From assembly GCA_038870455.1 (NCBI GenBank), contig JAWCPB010000008.1, positions 1-35,330 of the forward strand: DNA of 35,330 nt, written 5' to 3'. A program made the position numbers and the translations under genes. Below are positions 16,800-25,206 of the stretch, one piece after another; within the stretch, counting starts at the first letter, position 1, and every line of letters starts with the position of its first letter. The DNA comes from Candidatus Micrarchaeia archaeon (lineage in GTDB: Archaea > Micrarchaeota > Micrarchaeia > Burarchaeales > JACRGF01). Under the pieces are notes generated by a model that searched no databases, was not told the origin of the DNA, and worked only from the letters and a program-made list of their open reading frames with translations.

Positions 16800-17516
16800 A
16801 TGAGGGGCCAGGCCGCGGTCGAGCTCATTGTGATACTGTCGTTGTCGCTCGCCGTGCTGGCGGTTATTGTCGCCATAGGCTACGGTCAGCTGTCCGCAGC
16901 CCGCCACTCCCTGTACGCCTCGCAGGCGCAGGCTTCGCTCAACGCGCTGGCCGATGCCGCGGCCGCGGTGAGCCAAGAGGGCGTGGGAAGCAGGAGGGAA
17001 GTTGCGGTTATCATTCCTCCCACGGTGGTTCCAGAGCGCGTCTTCATTGACGGGAGGATAATCAACATGGGCCTGTGGGTGGAAAACGGAACGACCGACG
17101 TCAATGTGCTGGCGCCCGTTTCGCTTCAAGGACGGCTTCCGAACGCGAGCGGCGACTACATCATTCCCGTCGAGGCCAGGGAGGGCTTTGTGCTTGTCGG
17201 CTCGCCCGGCCTCACCGCAAAGCCTACGTTCGTCCATCTCTTCCTGAGACAGTCTTCGAGCCAGAGCGCGAACGTGACGTTCTTCAACACCGGCAGCTTC
17301 CCCATTACTGTCTCCAACGCGCTGATCTGGACCGCCACAGGCGTCACCGCAAGCGTCTCGCCCTCCTCCTTTGTTCTCGCCGCGAACTCTTCGGCCAACA
17401 CCACGCTCTCCTTCACCTCTGGCTCCGCGCTCGGGGCTTTCGGAGGCAGGCTCAACTCAACGGGAGACAATGGCGAGAGCATGCTCGTAGACATTATCGT
17501 TGACGTGGTGCCTTAG
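16800..17516 (+). CDS. type IV pilin-like protein with Ig-like C-terminal domain
   Basis: Class III signal MRG|QAAVE plus hydrophobic helix; Ser/Thr-rich beta domain; TATA at 16772-16777 favours ATG 16800 (alternative 16785). Confidence 0.75.
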   Translation: MRGQAAVELIVILSLSLAVLAVIVAIGYGQLSAARHSLYASQAQASLNALADAAAAVSQEGVGSRREVAVIIPPTVVPERVFIDGRIINMGLWVENGTTDVNVLAPVSLQGRLPNASGDYIIPVEAREGFVLVGSPGLTAKPTFVHLFLRQSSSQSANVTFFNTGSFPITVSNALIWTATGVTASVSPSSFVLAANSSANTTLSFTSGSALGAFGGRLNSTGDNGESMLVDIIVDVVP

Positions 17517-17918
17517 ATGAGAGGACAGCTCAGCACTGACTTTCTCATTGTGTGCGTCGTCCTCGCGCTCGTATTCTCGCTCGCCTACGCTCTTTATGTG
17601 CAAAACGCTTCCTCCCAGCTGGCCGCCCGCGAGAGGCTCTCCGCAACGCGCATTGTTGAAAAAGTCGCCTCTGCAGCGAACTTTGTTCTCGCGGACGGCA
17701 ACGGCTCCACCGCGACAGTGTACCTCGAGCCCGTGGAAGGGCTGAACTACTCGCTTGAGTTCATAGGCCGCAGGGCGCAGATGACATGGCCCCTCTCTCC
17801 AGCCAACCAGACCATCTCATACCCGATACTCACTTCATCCATCCTGGGCGCCGGGGTCAGCTACGCAGGCCGGAACATCACGCTCACGAACGACGGCGGT
17901 GACATCCGTGTGGCGTAA
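17517..17918 (+). CDS. minor type IV pilin-like protein
   Basis: Class III signal MRG|QLSTDFLIVCVVLAL. Confidence 0.75.
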   Translation: MRGQLSTDFLIVCVVLALVFSLAYALYVQNASSQLAARERLSATRIVEKVASAANFVLADGNGSTATVYLEPVEGLNYSLEFIGRRAQMTWPLSPANQTISYPILTSSILGAGVSYAGRNITLTNDGGDIRVA

Positions 17919-18411
17919 GGCACAGGTTTTCTCAATGGACCTCATCGTGTCCTTTGTCATAGCGCTGTTTCTCGCGGCCGCGGTGTTCCAGGCCGCCTCT
18001 TCCACAAACGCTGTCATCACAGCCTCGGAGCGCTCGCGCGACCTCTCCCTGGCTTCTGCGCAGGCGCTCGCCCTCCTCGTCCAATCCCCGGGCAACCCGG
18101 CCGACTGGAGCTTCGCCAACGCGAAGAGCGTGGGCCTCGCCCAGGCCCGCGGTGTGCTGAACCCAGAGAGAGTGTCGTACTTCTTCTCGCAGTCCCCCTC
18201 GGATTACAACATCTCCCTTTCCCTGCTCGGCTTCAACAGGGAGGGCGCGGTTTACGACTACAACCTGGAAATAATCAACGCCAGCGGCTCTACGCTCTAC
18301 TCGCTCAACCGCCTTCCACAACCAAACACTCCCGTGGCCTCGCGCTCCGCCGTCTCCGTTCTCAACTCTTCGCTCGTGCTCGTGAAGATGACTGTTTGGG
18401 TGAGGCCGTGA
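17908..18411 (+). CDS. minor type IV pilin-like protein
   Basis: MWRKA|QVFSMDLIVSF signal and SPGNPADW...VGLA motif; GTG start after GGCGGTGA. Confidence 0.72.
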   Translation: MWRKAQVFSMDLIVSFVIALFLAAAVFQAASSTNAVITASERSRDLSLASAQALALLVQSPGNPADWSFANAKSVGLAQARGVLNPERVSYFFSQSPSDYNISLSLLGFNREGAVYDYNLEIINASGSTLYSLNRLPQPNTPVASRSAVSVLNSSLVLVKMTVWVRP

Positions 18412-18767
18412 GGGGATTCATTTTCACCATAGACGCGCTCGCCGCGCTGCTTGTCGCGACCACGCTGCTATCGCTTTCCTTCGCCGCGCAGAAGAGTTTC
18501 TCCCAGCCGGCGGCCTCGCGCTTCTCGTCAGACCTCGCGGCGAGCATTCAGGCGGTTGGCGCGCTCAATGCGAGCGAGGTGCGCTCGCTTTACGCGCTCG
18601 ATGCAAGGTGCGGTTTTGTCCTCGTGCGCAATGCCTCGCTCGCGCCCGTCCAGGCTGTCGATGTGTGCGGCTGCAATGGCAGGGAGGATGTCGCCACGGC
18701 CAGCCTTCTCGTCGTCTCCTCCACAGTCCAAAAGCTTCTGGTTGAGGTGCACTCATGCCCGGCCTGA
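18408..18767 (+). CDS. minor type IV pilin-like protein
   Basis: MRG|FIFTIDALAALL signal; GTGA start/stop overlap with the previous gene. Confidence 0.7.
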   Translation: MRGFIFTIDALAALLVATTLLSLSFAAQKSFSQPAASRFSSDLAASIQAVGALNASEVRSLYALDARCGFVLVRNASLAPVQAVDVCGCNGREDVATASLLVVSSTVQKLLVEVHSCPA

Positions 18768-19570
18768 AGGGATTCTTCTACACGCTGACGTTCGCCTCGC
18801 TCGCGCTGCTGGCGGTGCTGGCTGCCTCCTGGTATGCCGCGAGGCCGCCTCAGGCTCAGCCGGCTTCTACCGGCTCTGTCGCGGCGGACATCGGGGCCGA
18901 CGTGCTGCAGTTCAACAACGTCTCATTCGAGGTGACGAAGGCCGGCAGCCGCACCATCCTGACAGTCCGCGACTACCTTCCGACAACGCTGTTGAGCCCA
19001 GCGGCCGAAATGAATGCATTCGAAGCCTTCATTTCAACGACTTACGCCTCCAGAACCAACCACAACATCTCGCTGGACGTGCCCGCCTCGCGCTACATCC
19101 TGCAGCCGTTTCGCCTTACCTATGCCCACCCAACCTTTGCAAAGAGAAGCTTCATGATAACCAATGTCAACATGGTGGAAGGCTATGCATTGCGCGCTCG
19201 CCTGAACGTGGCGTGCCTGAACAACGACTGCTCGCGTGCAACCACCGGCAGGTGGAGATGGCAGTCCAGCGGGCTTTGGGTAGCGCTCGATGTTCGCGAT
19301 GCCAACGGCAACCCCATCGCGCCCGGCGGGCGCACGAGCGGATTCATAAGTAAAACCACAACCGAATCCTTCCAGACAGCGCTGCAGGGAGGAGGCTATC
19401 TGAATGTCACTGTGGTCAGTGGCTCGTTGCGCGTTACGGTCAGCGGCGCTCGCGTGACAGCCACGACCAACATCACGCTGACAGGCACGCCCGTGACGCA
19501 GCTCGTGCTGCCGCTAAGCCTTTCGGTGGATGGAAGAAACTACCCGAGCATTGTGCTGCTCACCAAATGA
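18755..19570 (+). CDS. pilin-like/adhesin-like exported protein
   Basis: MPGLKG|FFYTLTFASLALLAVL class III-like signal; Thr-rich beta domain. Confidence 0.65.
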   Translation: MPGLKGFFYTLTFASLALLAVLAASWYAARPPQAQPASTGSVAADIGADVLQFNNVSFEVTKAGSRTILTVRDYLPTTLLSPAAEMNAFEAFISTTYASRTNHNISLDVPASRYILQPFRLTYAHPTFAKRSFMITNVNMVEGYALRARLNVACLNNDCSRATTGRWRWQSSGLWVALDVRDANGNPIAPGGRTSGFISKTTTESFQTALQGGGYLNVTVVSGSLRVTVSGARVTATTNITLTGTPVTQLVLPLSLSVDGRNYPSIVLLTK

Positions 19571-19573
19571 GCA

Positions 19574-20035
19574 TCACTGGCAAGTTCCAACGAGCGGGTT
19601 CTGCCCTGTAAAAGTGAACGCCCGGCCGCTTGCCGGCTCCGTGTAAGTTATCGTCACGGTGTAGCCGTATGGCTGGCCGGCCGTGCAGGTCAAGCCCACC
19701 CCGCTGTCCACGACGACGTTGAACGTCGCGCCGGGCGTGAGCGAAACGCTCGCCGGCGTCATGACGCCTATGCCGTTCAGGGTGATGCCGGTCAAGGAAA
19801 TCTGGAATGGCCTGTTGTTCTTGACAGTCAAGTACGCGCCGCTGCTGTTCACCAGGTAGTTCGGCAGAATGCCTATCTCGGCTCCGCTCCAGTAAGTCTC
19901 TGACTGCTGCCTCGATATGCCGCCGGTGATGCCGGCAAAGCCGCCCAGCACTCCAACGACGATAAGCGCGATGATGACGACCACAGCGAGTATGATCAGG
20001 TATTCGGTAGCAGCCTGGCCCTTCAATCCCTTCAT
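19574..20035 (-). CDS. probable major type IV pilin (class III signal peptide)
   Basis: MKGLKG|QAATEYLIILAVVVIIALIVVGVL; own TATA TTTTTAAATT at 20067-20076; two Cys in the C-terminal half. Confidence 0.82.
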   Translation of the reverse strand: MKGLKGQAATEYLIILAVVVIIALIVVGVLGGFAGITGGISRQQSETYWSGAEIGILPNYLVNSSGAYLTVKNNRPFQISLTGITLNGIGVMTPASVSLTPGATFNVVVDSGVGLTCTAGQPYGYTVTITYTEPASGRAFTFTGQNPLVGTCQ

Positions 20036-20084
20036 CGCAATCGCCTCGCCCCCTCTTCTCTTCAACAATTTAAAAACGTTGCGG

Positions 20085-21392
20085 CTACCGCTGGCGCTTT
20101 ATCCTCAGGATCTCCTCCGCCTCGCCCAGGATTTCCTGTTCATCCGCGACGAGCACCTGCCGCTCTCGCATCAGAACCCTGCCATCAACCATGACCGTCT
20201 CGACAGCGTCCCTGTCGGCCGCGAAGACGATCTGGGCAAACAAGTCGTTCGCCGGAGCGAACGCGATATTCCGCCTGTCGAGGAGGATGAGGTCCGCCTT
20301 CTTCCCCGCCTCGATGGTGCCGATTTCCTTCTCCAGGTTGAGCGCGGCCGCTCCGCCCACCGTGGCCAGCTCGAAAGCCTCCCTGTACTTGATTATCTGC
20401 TTTCCGAAGCTCAGCACCTTCTGGAGCAGGCAGGCGAGCCTCGCCTGCTCGAATATGCTGAACCGGTGGTATGCCCCCACGTCGCTGCCGAGCCCAACGG
20501 GAATGCCTTTTCCCAAGAACGAGCTCATCATTATCGCGCCAGAGGCGAGTATCATGTTCGAGCCCGGCGTGTGCACCACGTGCGTGCCGCTCGTCCGCAG
20601 CAGCTCGAGCTCCCTCTCGTTGAGCCAGATGCAGTGAGTGAGCATGAGGCGCGGGCCCAGCAGCCCCAGCTCATTTAGGTGCTCTATGGCAGGCTTTCCG
20701 TACAGCCGCATCTCCTCCTCGACTTCCTTTATGTTCTCCTGCGTGTGCGTCTGAATCATCACGCCGTGTTTTTCCGCCAGCCTCCGGCATCCCAGAAACA
20801 GCTCGTCTGTGCAGGTGAGGTCGAACCGCGGGGTGAGCATGTACCGCAGCCGCCCGCCTTCTCTGCCGTGCCATGCGCGGATGAGCGCCGCGCTCTCCCG
20901 AAGCGCGGTCTCGGTCTCCTGCTGCAGTTCGGGAGGCGCGTTCACGTCCATCATCGTCTTTCCGATGTTCGCGCGCAGCCCCATCTCCTTTGCGGCCTTG
21001 AATGCCTCTTCGGTGTGCCTGACCGAAGTGAGGTCCGAGAACGTTGTCGTGCCCGACTTGATGAGCTCAAGGTAAGCCAGGCGCGCGCACGCCCTCGCCT
21101 TCTCGGCGGTCAGGCTTCCCTCCCACGGGAAGATGTATTTCCTGAGCCAGTCCAACAGCGTCTCGTCTCCGGTCAGGCCCTTGCACGCCACTTGGAAAGA
21201 GTGCAGGTGCGCATCGACGAGGCCCGGCAGCACCAGCTTGCCTCTGGCGTCAATCGTCTCGTCGAACTTGAAAGCGCGCCTTATCTCATCCGCATCGCCC
21301 ACGGCGGCAATGCGGTTCCCGTCTATCGCGAGCGAGGTGTTTTCCCTCACCAGCCCGCGGGAGACGATGGTTCCCCCGAGAATGCCGAGCAC
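20085..21392 (-). CDS. amidohydrolase, nucleoside/purine deaminase family (MtaD/GuaD-like)
   Basis: PGLVDAHLH, SGTTT, TPRF, HTQE, THCIW, GLGSD and GTIEAGKKADL. Confidence 0.88.
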   Translation of the reverse strand: MLGILGGTIVSRGLVRENTSLAIDGNRIAAVGDADEIRRAFKFDETIDARGKLVLPGLVDAHLHSFQVACKGLTGDETLLDWLRKYIFPWEGSLTAEKARACARLAYLELIKSGTTTFSDLTSVRHTEEAFKAAKEMGLRANIGKTMMDVNAPPELQQETETALRESAALIRAWHGREGGRLRYMLTPRFDLTCTDELFLGCRRLAEKHGVMIQTHTQENIKEVEEEMRLYGKPAIEHLNELGLLGPRLMLTHCIWLNERELELLRTSGTHVVHTPGSNMILASGAIMMSSFLGKGIPVGLGSDVGAYHRFSIFEQARLACLLQKVLSFGKQIIKYREAFELATVGGAAALNLEKEIGTIEAGKKADLILLDRRNIAFAPANDLFAQIVFAADRDAVETVMVDGRVLMRERQVLVADEQEILGEAEEILRIKRQR

Positions 21393-21394
21393 GA

Positions 21395-22372
21395 CTATCC
21401 TCCCAGAACGAGTTTGAGCACGTAGTTCTTCATTATGAACAGGAAGGCGAGCGAACCGGCGATGAGGAAGGGCGCTATGCGCAGGCCGTAAAGCCTCTTT
21501 CCCTCGTGTATGACGCCGATGAAAACGCTGGCCAGCAGCGAGGTGGCCACGAGCGTGGCGAGCGACAGGTTGAGGATGAACTCTGGCGCGATGGGCTTGG
21601 CCAGTATGACGCCTATCTGCCCGGCGAGGCCTGCTCCGGCGGCTGCCTTGGCCTGCAGCCTGGCGGTCAGCTCGACGAACTGCATGCTGACCGCCAGCAG
21701 CGCGGGCATGCCTATGACCGTCGTGAAGAGAATGAAAACCACGTACATGTTGGTTCCGGCCACGAGCGAGCGCTTCAGCTCCTGTGCCGCGCGGATGTCC
21801 TCGGCGCTCACCTCGAGCAGGCGCGCCAGGTTTCCGCCGCTGCGCATGCTCATGATGAACAGCGCGACCGTCCTGGCCAGCACTTCGCTCTTTATGCTCT
21901 TCGTTATCTCCTGGAAGGCCGCGGCAAAGCTCTCCGTGCCCAGGCTCTTTGTCGCCACGTACTTTATCTCTTCCTCGAGCGGGCCGAACTCCGGGCGCGC
22001 GGCCATGCGCAGCGCCACCACGGGCGTCACGCCCGCCTTGAGGTTTGCGCTTATCATCTGCAGCAGGTCAGGCAGCGCGGCCTCCACCCTCGCCCTCCTG
22101 TCCTCTATCTTGAAGTACAACAGCAGATACCTGACCGCAAGAAAAAGCAGAAGGGTGGCCGCGGCTGAGGCAAGCGCTGTGAAGGATGTGAATCCCGCAA
22201 CCACAGTGGCAATTTCGGCAGCAAGCCCGAGGGCCAGCCCTTCAAACACCCCTCTTCCCAGCCACTCGCTCGCATCCTCCCTCATTCCTGCGTAGGCGAG
22301 ATGCTGGGCGAGCGCGGCCCGCCAAGCGAGCGGCAGCGCGTTTCCGGTTCCCGCGAAAATCCTTTTGAGCAT
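21395..22372 (-). CDS. tadC: type IV pilus platform membrane protein (TadC/T2SSF)
   Basis: VEAALPDLLQMISANLKAG, RPEFGPLEEE and RSGGNLARLL; multiple TM helices. Confidence 0.85.
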   Translation of the reverse strand: MLKRIFAGTGNALPLAWRAALAQHLAYAGMREDASEWLGRGVFEGLALGLAAEIATVVAGFTSFTALASAAATLLLFLAVRYLLLYFKIEDRRARVEAALPDLLQMISANLKAGVTPVVALRMAARPEFGPLEEEIKYVATKSLGTESFAAAFQEITKSIKSEVLARTVALFIMSMRSGGNLARLLEVSAEDIRAAQELKRSLVAGTNMYVVFILFTTVIGMPALLAVSMQFVELTARLQAKAAAGAGLAGQIGVILAKPIAPEFILNLSLATLVATSLLASVFIGVIHEGKRLYGLRIAPFLIAGSLAFLFIMKNYVLKLVLGG

Positions 22373-22376
22373 GCTC

Positions 22377-23312
22377 TCACCCGTGTATGGCCGGCCTCTT
22401 CACCCTCACGTACTCGATGAGCGCGATTTCCGCGGCGAGGCACGCGCCCACGAGCAGCACAAGTGCGCTTTCCTGCACGGCCGAGCCAGAGAAAAGCGAG
22501 AGCACGACGAGCAGCGTCGCCCCCAAGCTCGGGATGGCGATGCCCACAATCACATACAGCAGTATCCACAGGTTGAGCTCCTGGATGAACGCCTTGATGT
22601 GAGCCGCCTGGTGTTGGCTCAGGTTCGTCACGAGCGCAGAGAGCGCCCCACGCATGCTCGCGCCCGTGCGCAGCACCGTCACCATCTGCCACGCCGTCCT
22701 CTTCAGGAACTCGCTTTCGGTCCGCAGCGCCATCTTCTCGAGCGCGCGCTCCTGGCTCTCGCCCGCGCTGATGTCCTGCGCGGCGGCGCGGAACTCGCTG
22801 CTCACCCTGCCGTAGCCCGCGCGGGCGATGTTCGCCATGGCGTTGTACAGGCTTATGCCGGACGAGACCTGCACGAGCAGGTCCTTGAGCGCGAACACGA
22901 GGTCCTTGTCAACCGCCTCGACGACCTTCCTCACCATCACCCTCGGATAGTAGAGGAAAGCGCCGAGGAAGACAAAGAAGGCCGCGAGCGCGGGGATGAG
23001 CGCCAGCCTGATGCGCGCCAGCACCTCGAGCAAGGCCGGAACGGAGGACAGCGAGCGCGCCAGCACTTCTTTTGTCACTTTTCCCTGCGCTGCGTACAGC
23101 CCGACCATCAGCAGCAGTATGAGCGCCATCCAGGCGAGCGCGTTCTGCAGTGCCACAATGACATACTCGCCTTCATCGAGGTCGCTCTTCAGCATCCTCA
23201 GGTCGTACCGCAGGCCGGGGTAATACCTCACGAGGCGGCTGCCAATTCCCTTGAGGCGCCGGGCGAGCGGCAGCGTGGCGGCCTGCGGAAGCAGAAAAAG
23301 CGGGATGCGCAT
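22377..23312 (-). CDS. tadB: type IV pilus platform membrane protein (TadB/T2SSF)
   Basis: DKDLVFALKDLLVQVSSGISL, YGRVSSEF and ALEKMALRTESEF. Confidence 0.82.
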   Translation of the reverse strand: MRIPLFLLPQAATLPLARRLKGIGSRLVRYYPGLRYDLRMLKSDLDEGEYVIVALQNALAWMALILLLMVGLYAAQGKVTKEVLARSLSSVPALLEVLARIRLALIPALAAFFVFLGAFLYYPRVMVRKVVEAVDKDLVFALKDLLVQVSSGISLYNAMANIARAGYGRVSSEFRAAAQDISAGESQERALEKMALRTESEFLKRTAWQMVTVLRTGASMRGALSALVTNLSQHQAAHIKAFIQELNLWILLYVIVGIAIPSLGATLLVVLSLFSGSAVQESALVLLVGACLAAEIALIEYVRVKRPAIHG

Positions 23313-23321
23313 TGTGGCACC

Positions 23322-25064
23322 TCACAGCACTTTCTTTGGGTGAATGTCCTTTTCGGCGGCGTGCTCTATCACGTCGGGAGTCTTGTAGTAGATGCCCATC
23401 ACGCTGCCCACCTGCTCCACGCTCCTCACGTTGTGCTTGAGCATCCACTCCAGCACCTTTTTCTTCCTCGTGATGTCCGCCTTTATCTCTTCAGCGGACA
23501 TTCCTGCGTGCAGGTTCAGCTCCTCCATCACCCTCGCCGCCTCACCCACTTTTTCGAAAGCGTCCTGCCTCGCCCTCCACCTGTAAATGCTCGTGAGCGT
23601 CGCCTCGTCGGCGCTCGCTGCACCCACCTCGCTCACCTCATACACCCTGCGCAGCCCCCTCCGCCTGTCCCTGTACATGACGAGGATGAGGTGCAGCGAC
23701 TGCAGCTCCGTCACGGGCAGCTCGAAAGGCGGGTGCGTCAGGCGCCTGAGCACCTGCTGGGCCGTGTCGGCGTGAATGGTCGAATACACCGCGTGGCCCG
23801 TGTGCATGGCCTCGAACAGCACCTCGGCCTCCCTCCTGCGCCTCACCTCGCCCACCACAATCCTGTCGGGCCTCATGCGCAGGCTCGTCACCATGAGGTC
23901 AAGCATCTTCACCTCGCCCTTTCCCTCCGGGTTCGGCTGCCGCGTGGTCAGCGGAACCCAGTTGAACTTCAGGTAGGATGGCAGGTTGAGCTCGCGCGTG
24001 TCCTCGATGGTTATGTTGCGCGAGGAGGGCGGAATGAGCGCGCACAGCGTGTTGAGCATGCTCGTCTTGCCGCTCGCCGTGCCGCCCGAAACGAGGATGT
24101 TCATCTCGAACTGGATGGCCTGCCACAGGAAGGCCGCTATCTCGCTGTCCAGCGTGTTCAGCTTCGGGTCTATGAAGTCAATGATGGTCCAGGGCTCGCG
24201 CGCAAACCGGCGGATGGTCAGGGTGTCCCCGCACGTTGATATGGGGTACAGCGTGGCCGCCACCCTGTCGCCCGTGGCGAGGTGGGCGTCCATGATGGGC
24301 GCGAGCAGCGTTATGTCGCGCCCGCTCTTCCTGCCTATCTGCGTTGCGTAGTTGTATACGTCGTCCTCTGTGGGAATGTATATGTTCGTCTTGAGCCAGC
24401 CGTACTTCCTGTGATACACGCTGATCGGCTGGGCCGAGCCGTTCACAACAATTTCCTCGAGCAGGTCGTCGGCCATGAGCATCTCGATTTCGCCGAGGCC
24501 GTACATCCTGTGCAGCAGCAGGCCGGCCAGAACGTGCTTGTCCTTCTCGGTTATGTCGGGAATCTTTTCGCTCAGCTTCTCGGCCGCGCTGTCGAAAAAC
24601 TTTTCCTTGAGCGCCAGCGCCTTCCGGGCATCGACTATCTCCTCGACTTGCACGGGCATCTCGCGCGCCAGCTCGTCCCTCAGCCCCTCCAGAATCGCTT
24701 CAGTGTAGGGCCCCACGGGCGGTATGCTGAGCACATACACGGGCCTCGGCTCTTCCTTCACATCCAGCACGCTCACGCCGGCCGGCACGCCGCTGGCCTC
24801 CACGCTGTAGCTCACTATTTCCCTGCCTCGGGGAAGCAGCGGCTCCCTTGCCTGTATTACCCTCTTGAGCCTGAGGATTGGCGAGCCCAGCACATTCACC
24901 GGATAAGTTATTTCAAGCAGCCCTCTTTCGGCGAGCGCCTTGGCCATGGGCTCGACATCACGCGGCCTAAGACGGAGCCTCGCGCACAGCGCGTTCAGGC
25001 TCGCCTGCATGCCCGTTTCCTTCTCAAGCGCCTGGCAAAGCTCGTCGGCGCTCGTCCTAACCAT
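23322..25064 (-). CDS. tadA: type IV pilus assembly ATPase (TadA/CpaF, VirB11-like)
   Basis: Walker A GGTASGKTS, Asp box IEDTREL, Walker B LRMRPDRIVVGEVR and His box HTGH...TIHAD; ATG at 25064. Confidence 0.92.
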   Translation of the reverse strand: MVRTSADELCQALEKETGMQASLNALCARLRLRPRDVEPMAKALAERGLLEITYPVNVLGSPILRLKRVIQAREPLLPRGREIVSYSVEASGVPAGVSVLDVKEEPRPVYVLSIPPVGPYTEAILEGLRDELAREMPVQVEEIVDARKALALKEKFFDSAAEKLSEKIPDITEKDKHVLAGLLLHRMYGLGEIEMLMADDLLEEIVVNGSAQPISVYHRKYGWLKTNIYIPTEDDVYNYATQIGRKSGRDITLLAPIMDAHLATGDRVAATLYPISTCGDTLTIRRFAREPWTIIDFIDPKLNTLDSEIAAFLWQAIQFEMNILVSGGTASGKTSMLNTLCALIPPSSRNITIEDTRELNLPSYLKFNWVPLTTRQPNPEGKGEVKMLDLMVTSLRMRPDRIVVGEVRRRREAEVLFEAMHTGHAVYSTIHADTAQQVLRRLTHPPFELPVTELQSLHLILVMYRDRRRGLRRVYEVSEVGAASADEATLTSIYRWRARQDAFEKVGEAARVMEELNLHAGMSAEEIKADITRKKKVLEWMLKHNVRSVEQVGSVMGIYYKTPDVIEHAAEKDIHPKKVL

Positions 25065-25176
25065 GCCAGAACCCCCCGGCGGGGTTTCGCCTCCACGCAA
25101 CCGCCCTCTCGCTTCGCAGCCCGTTCGTGCTGGGCTCGCCCCTCGCCTTCGCCATAGCCCCCTTTCGGAATAGGGC

Positions 25177-25185
25177 TTTAAAAAA
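25177..25185. promoter_or_regulatory. bidirectional TATA-like element between tadA and Cys-rich lipoprotein
   Basis: TTTAAAAAA in a GC-rich background between divergent genes. Confidence 0.45.
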
Positions 25186-25206
25186 GCTTGTTGAGTTATC
25201 AACGCC

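Noticed and set aside
22365-24239. 624-aa plus-strand ORF
   Set aside because: Antisense to tadB/tadA, His/Arg-rich and without recognisable motifs
16800-25064. Archaellum operon
   Set aside because: No archaellin-type N-termini or arlF/arlG; two separate TadB/TadC genes indicate a pilus
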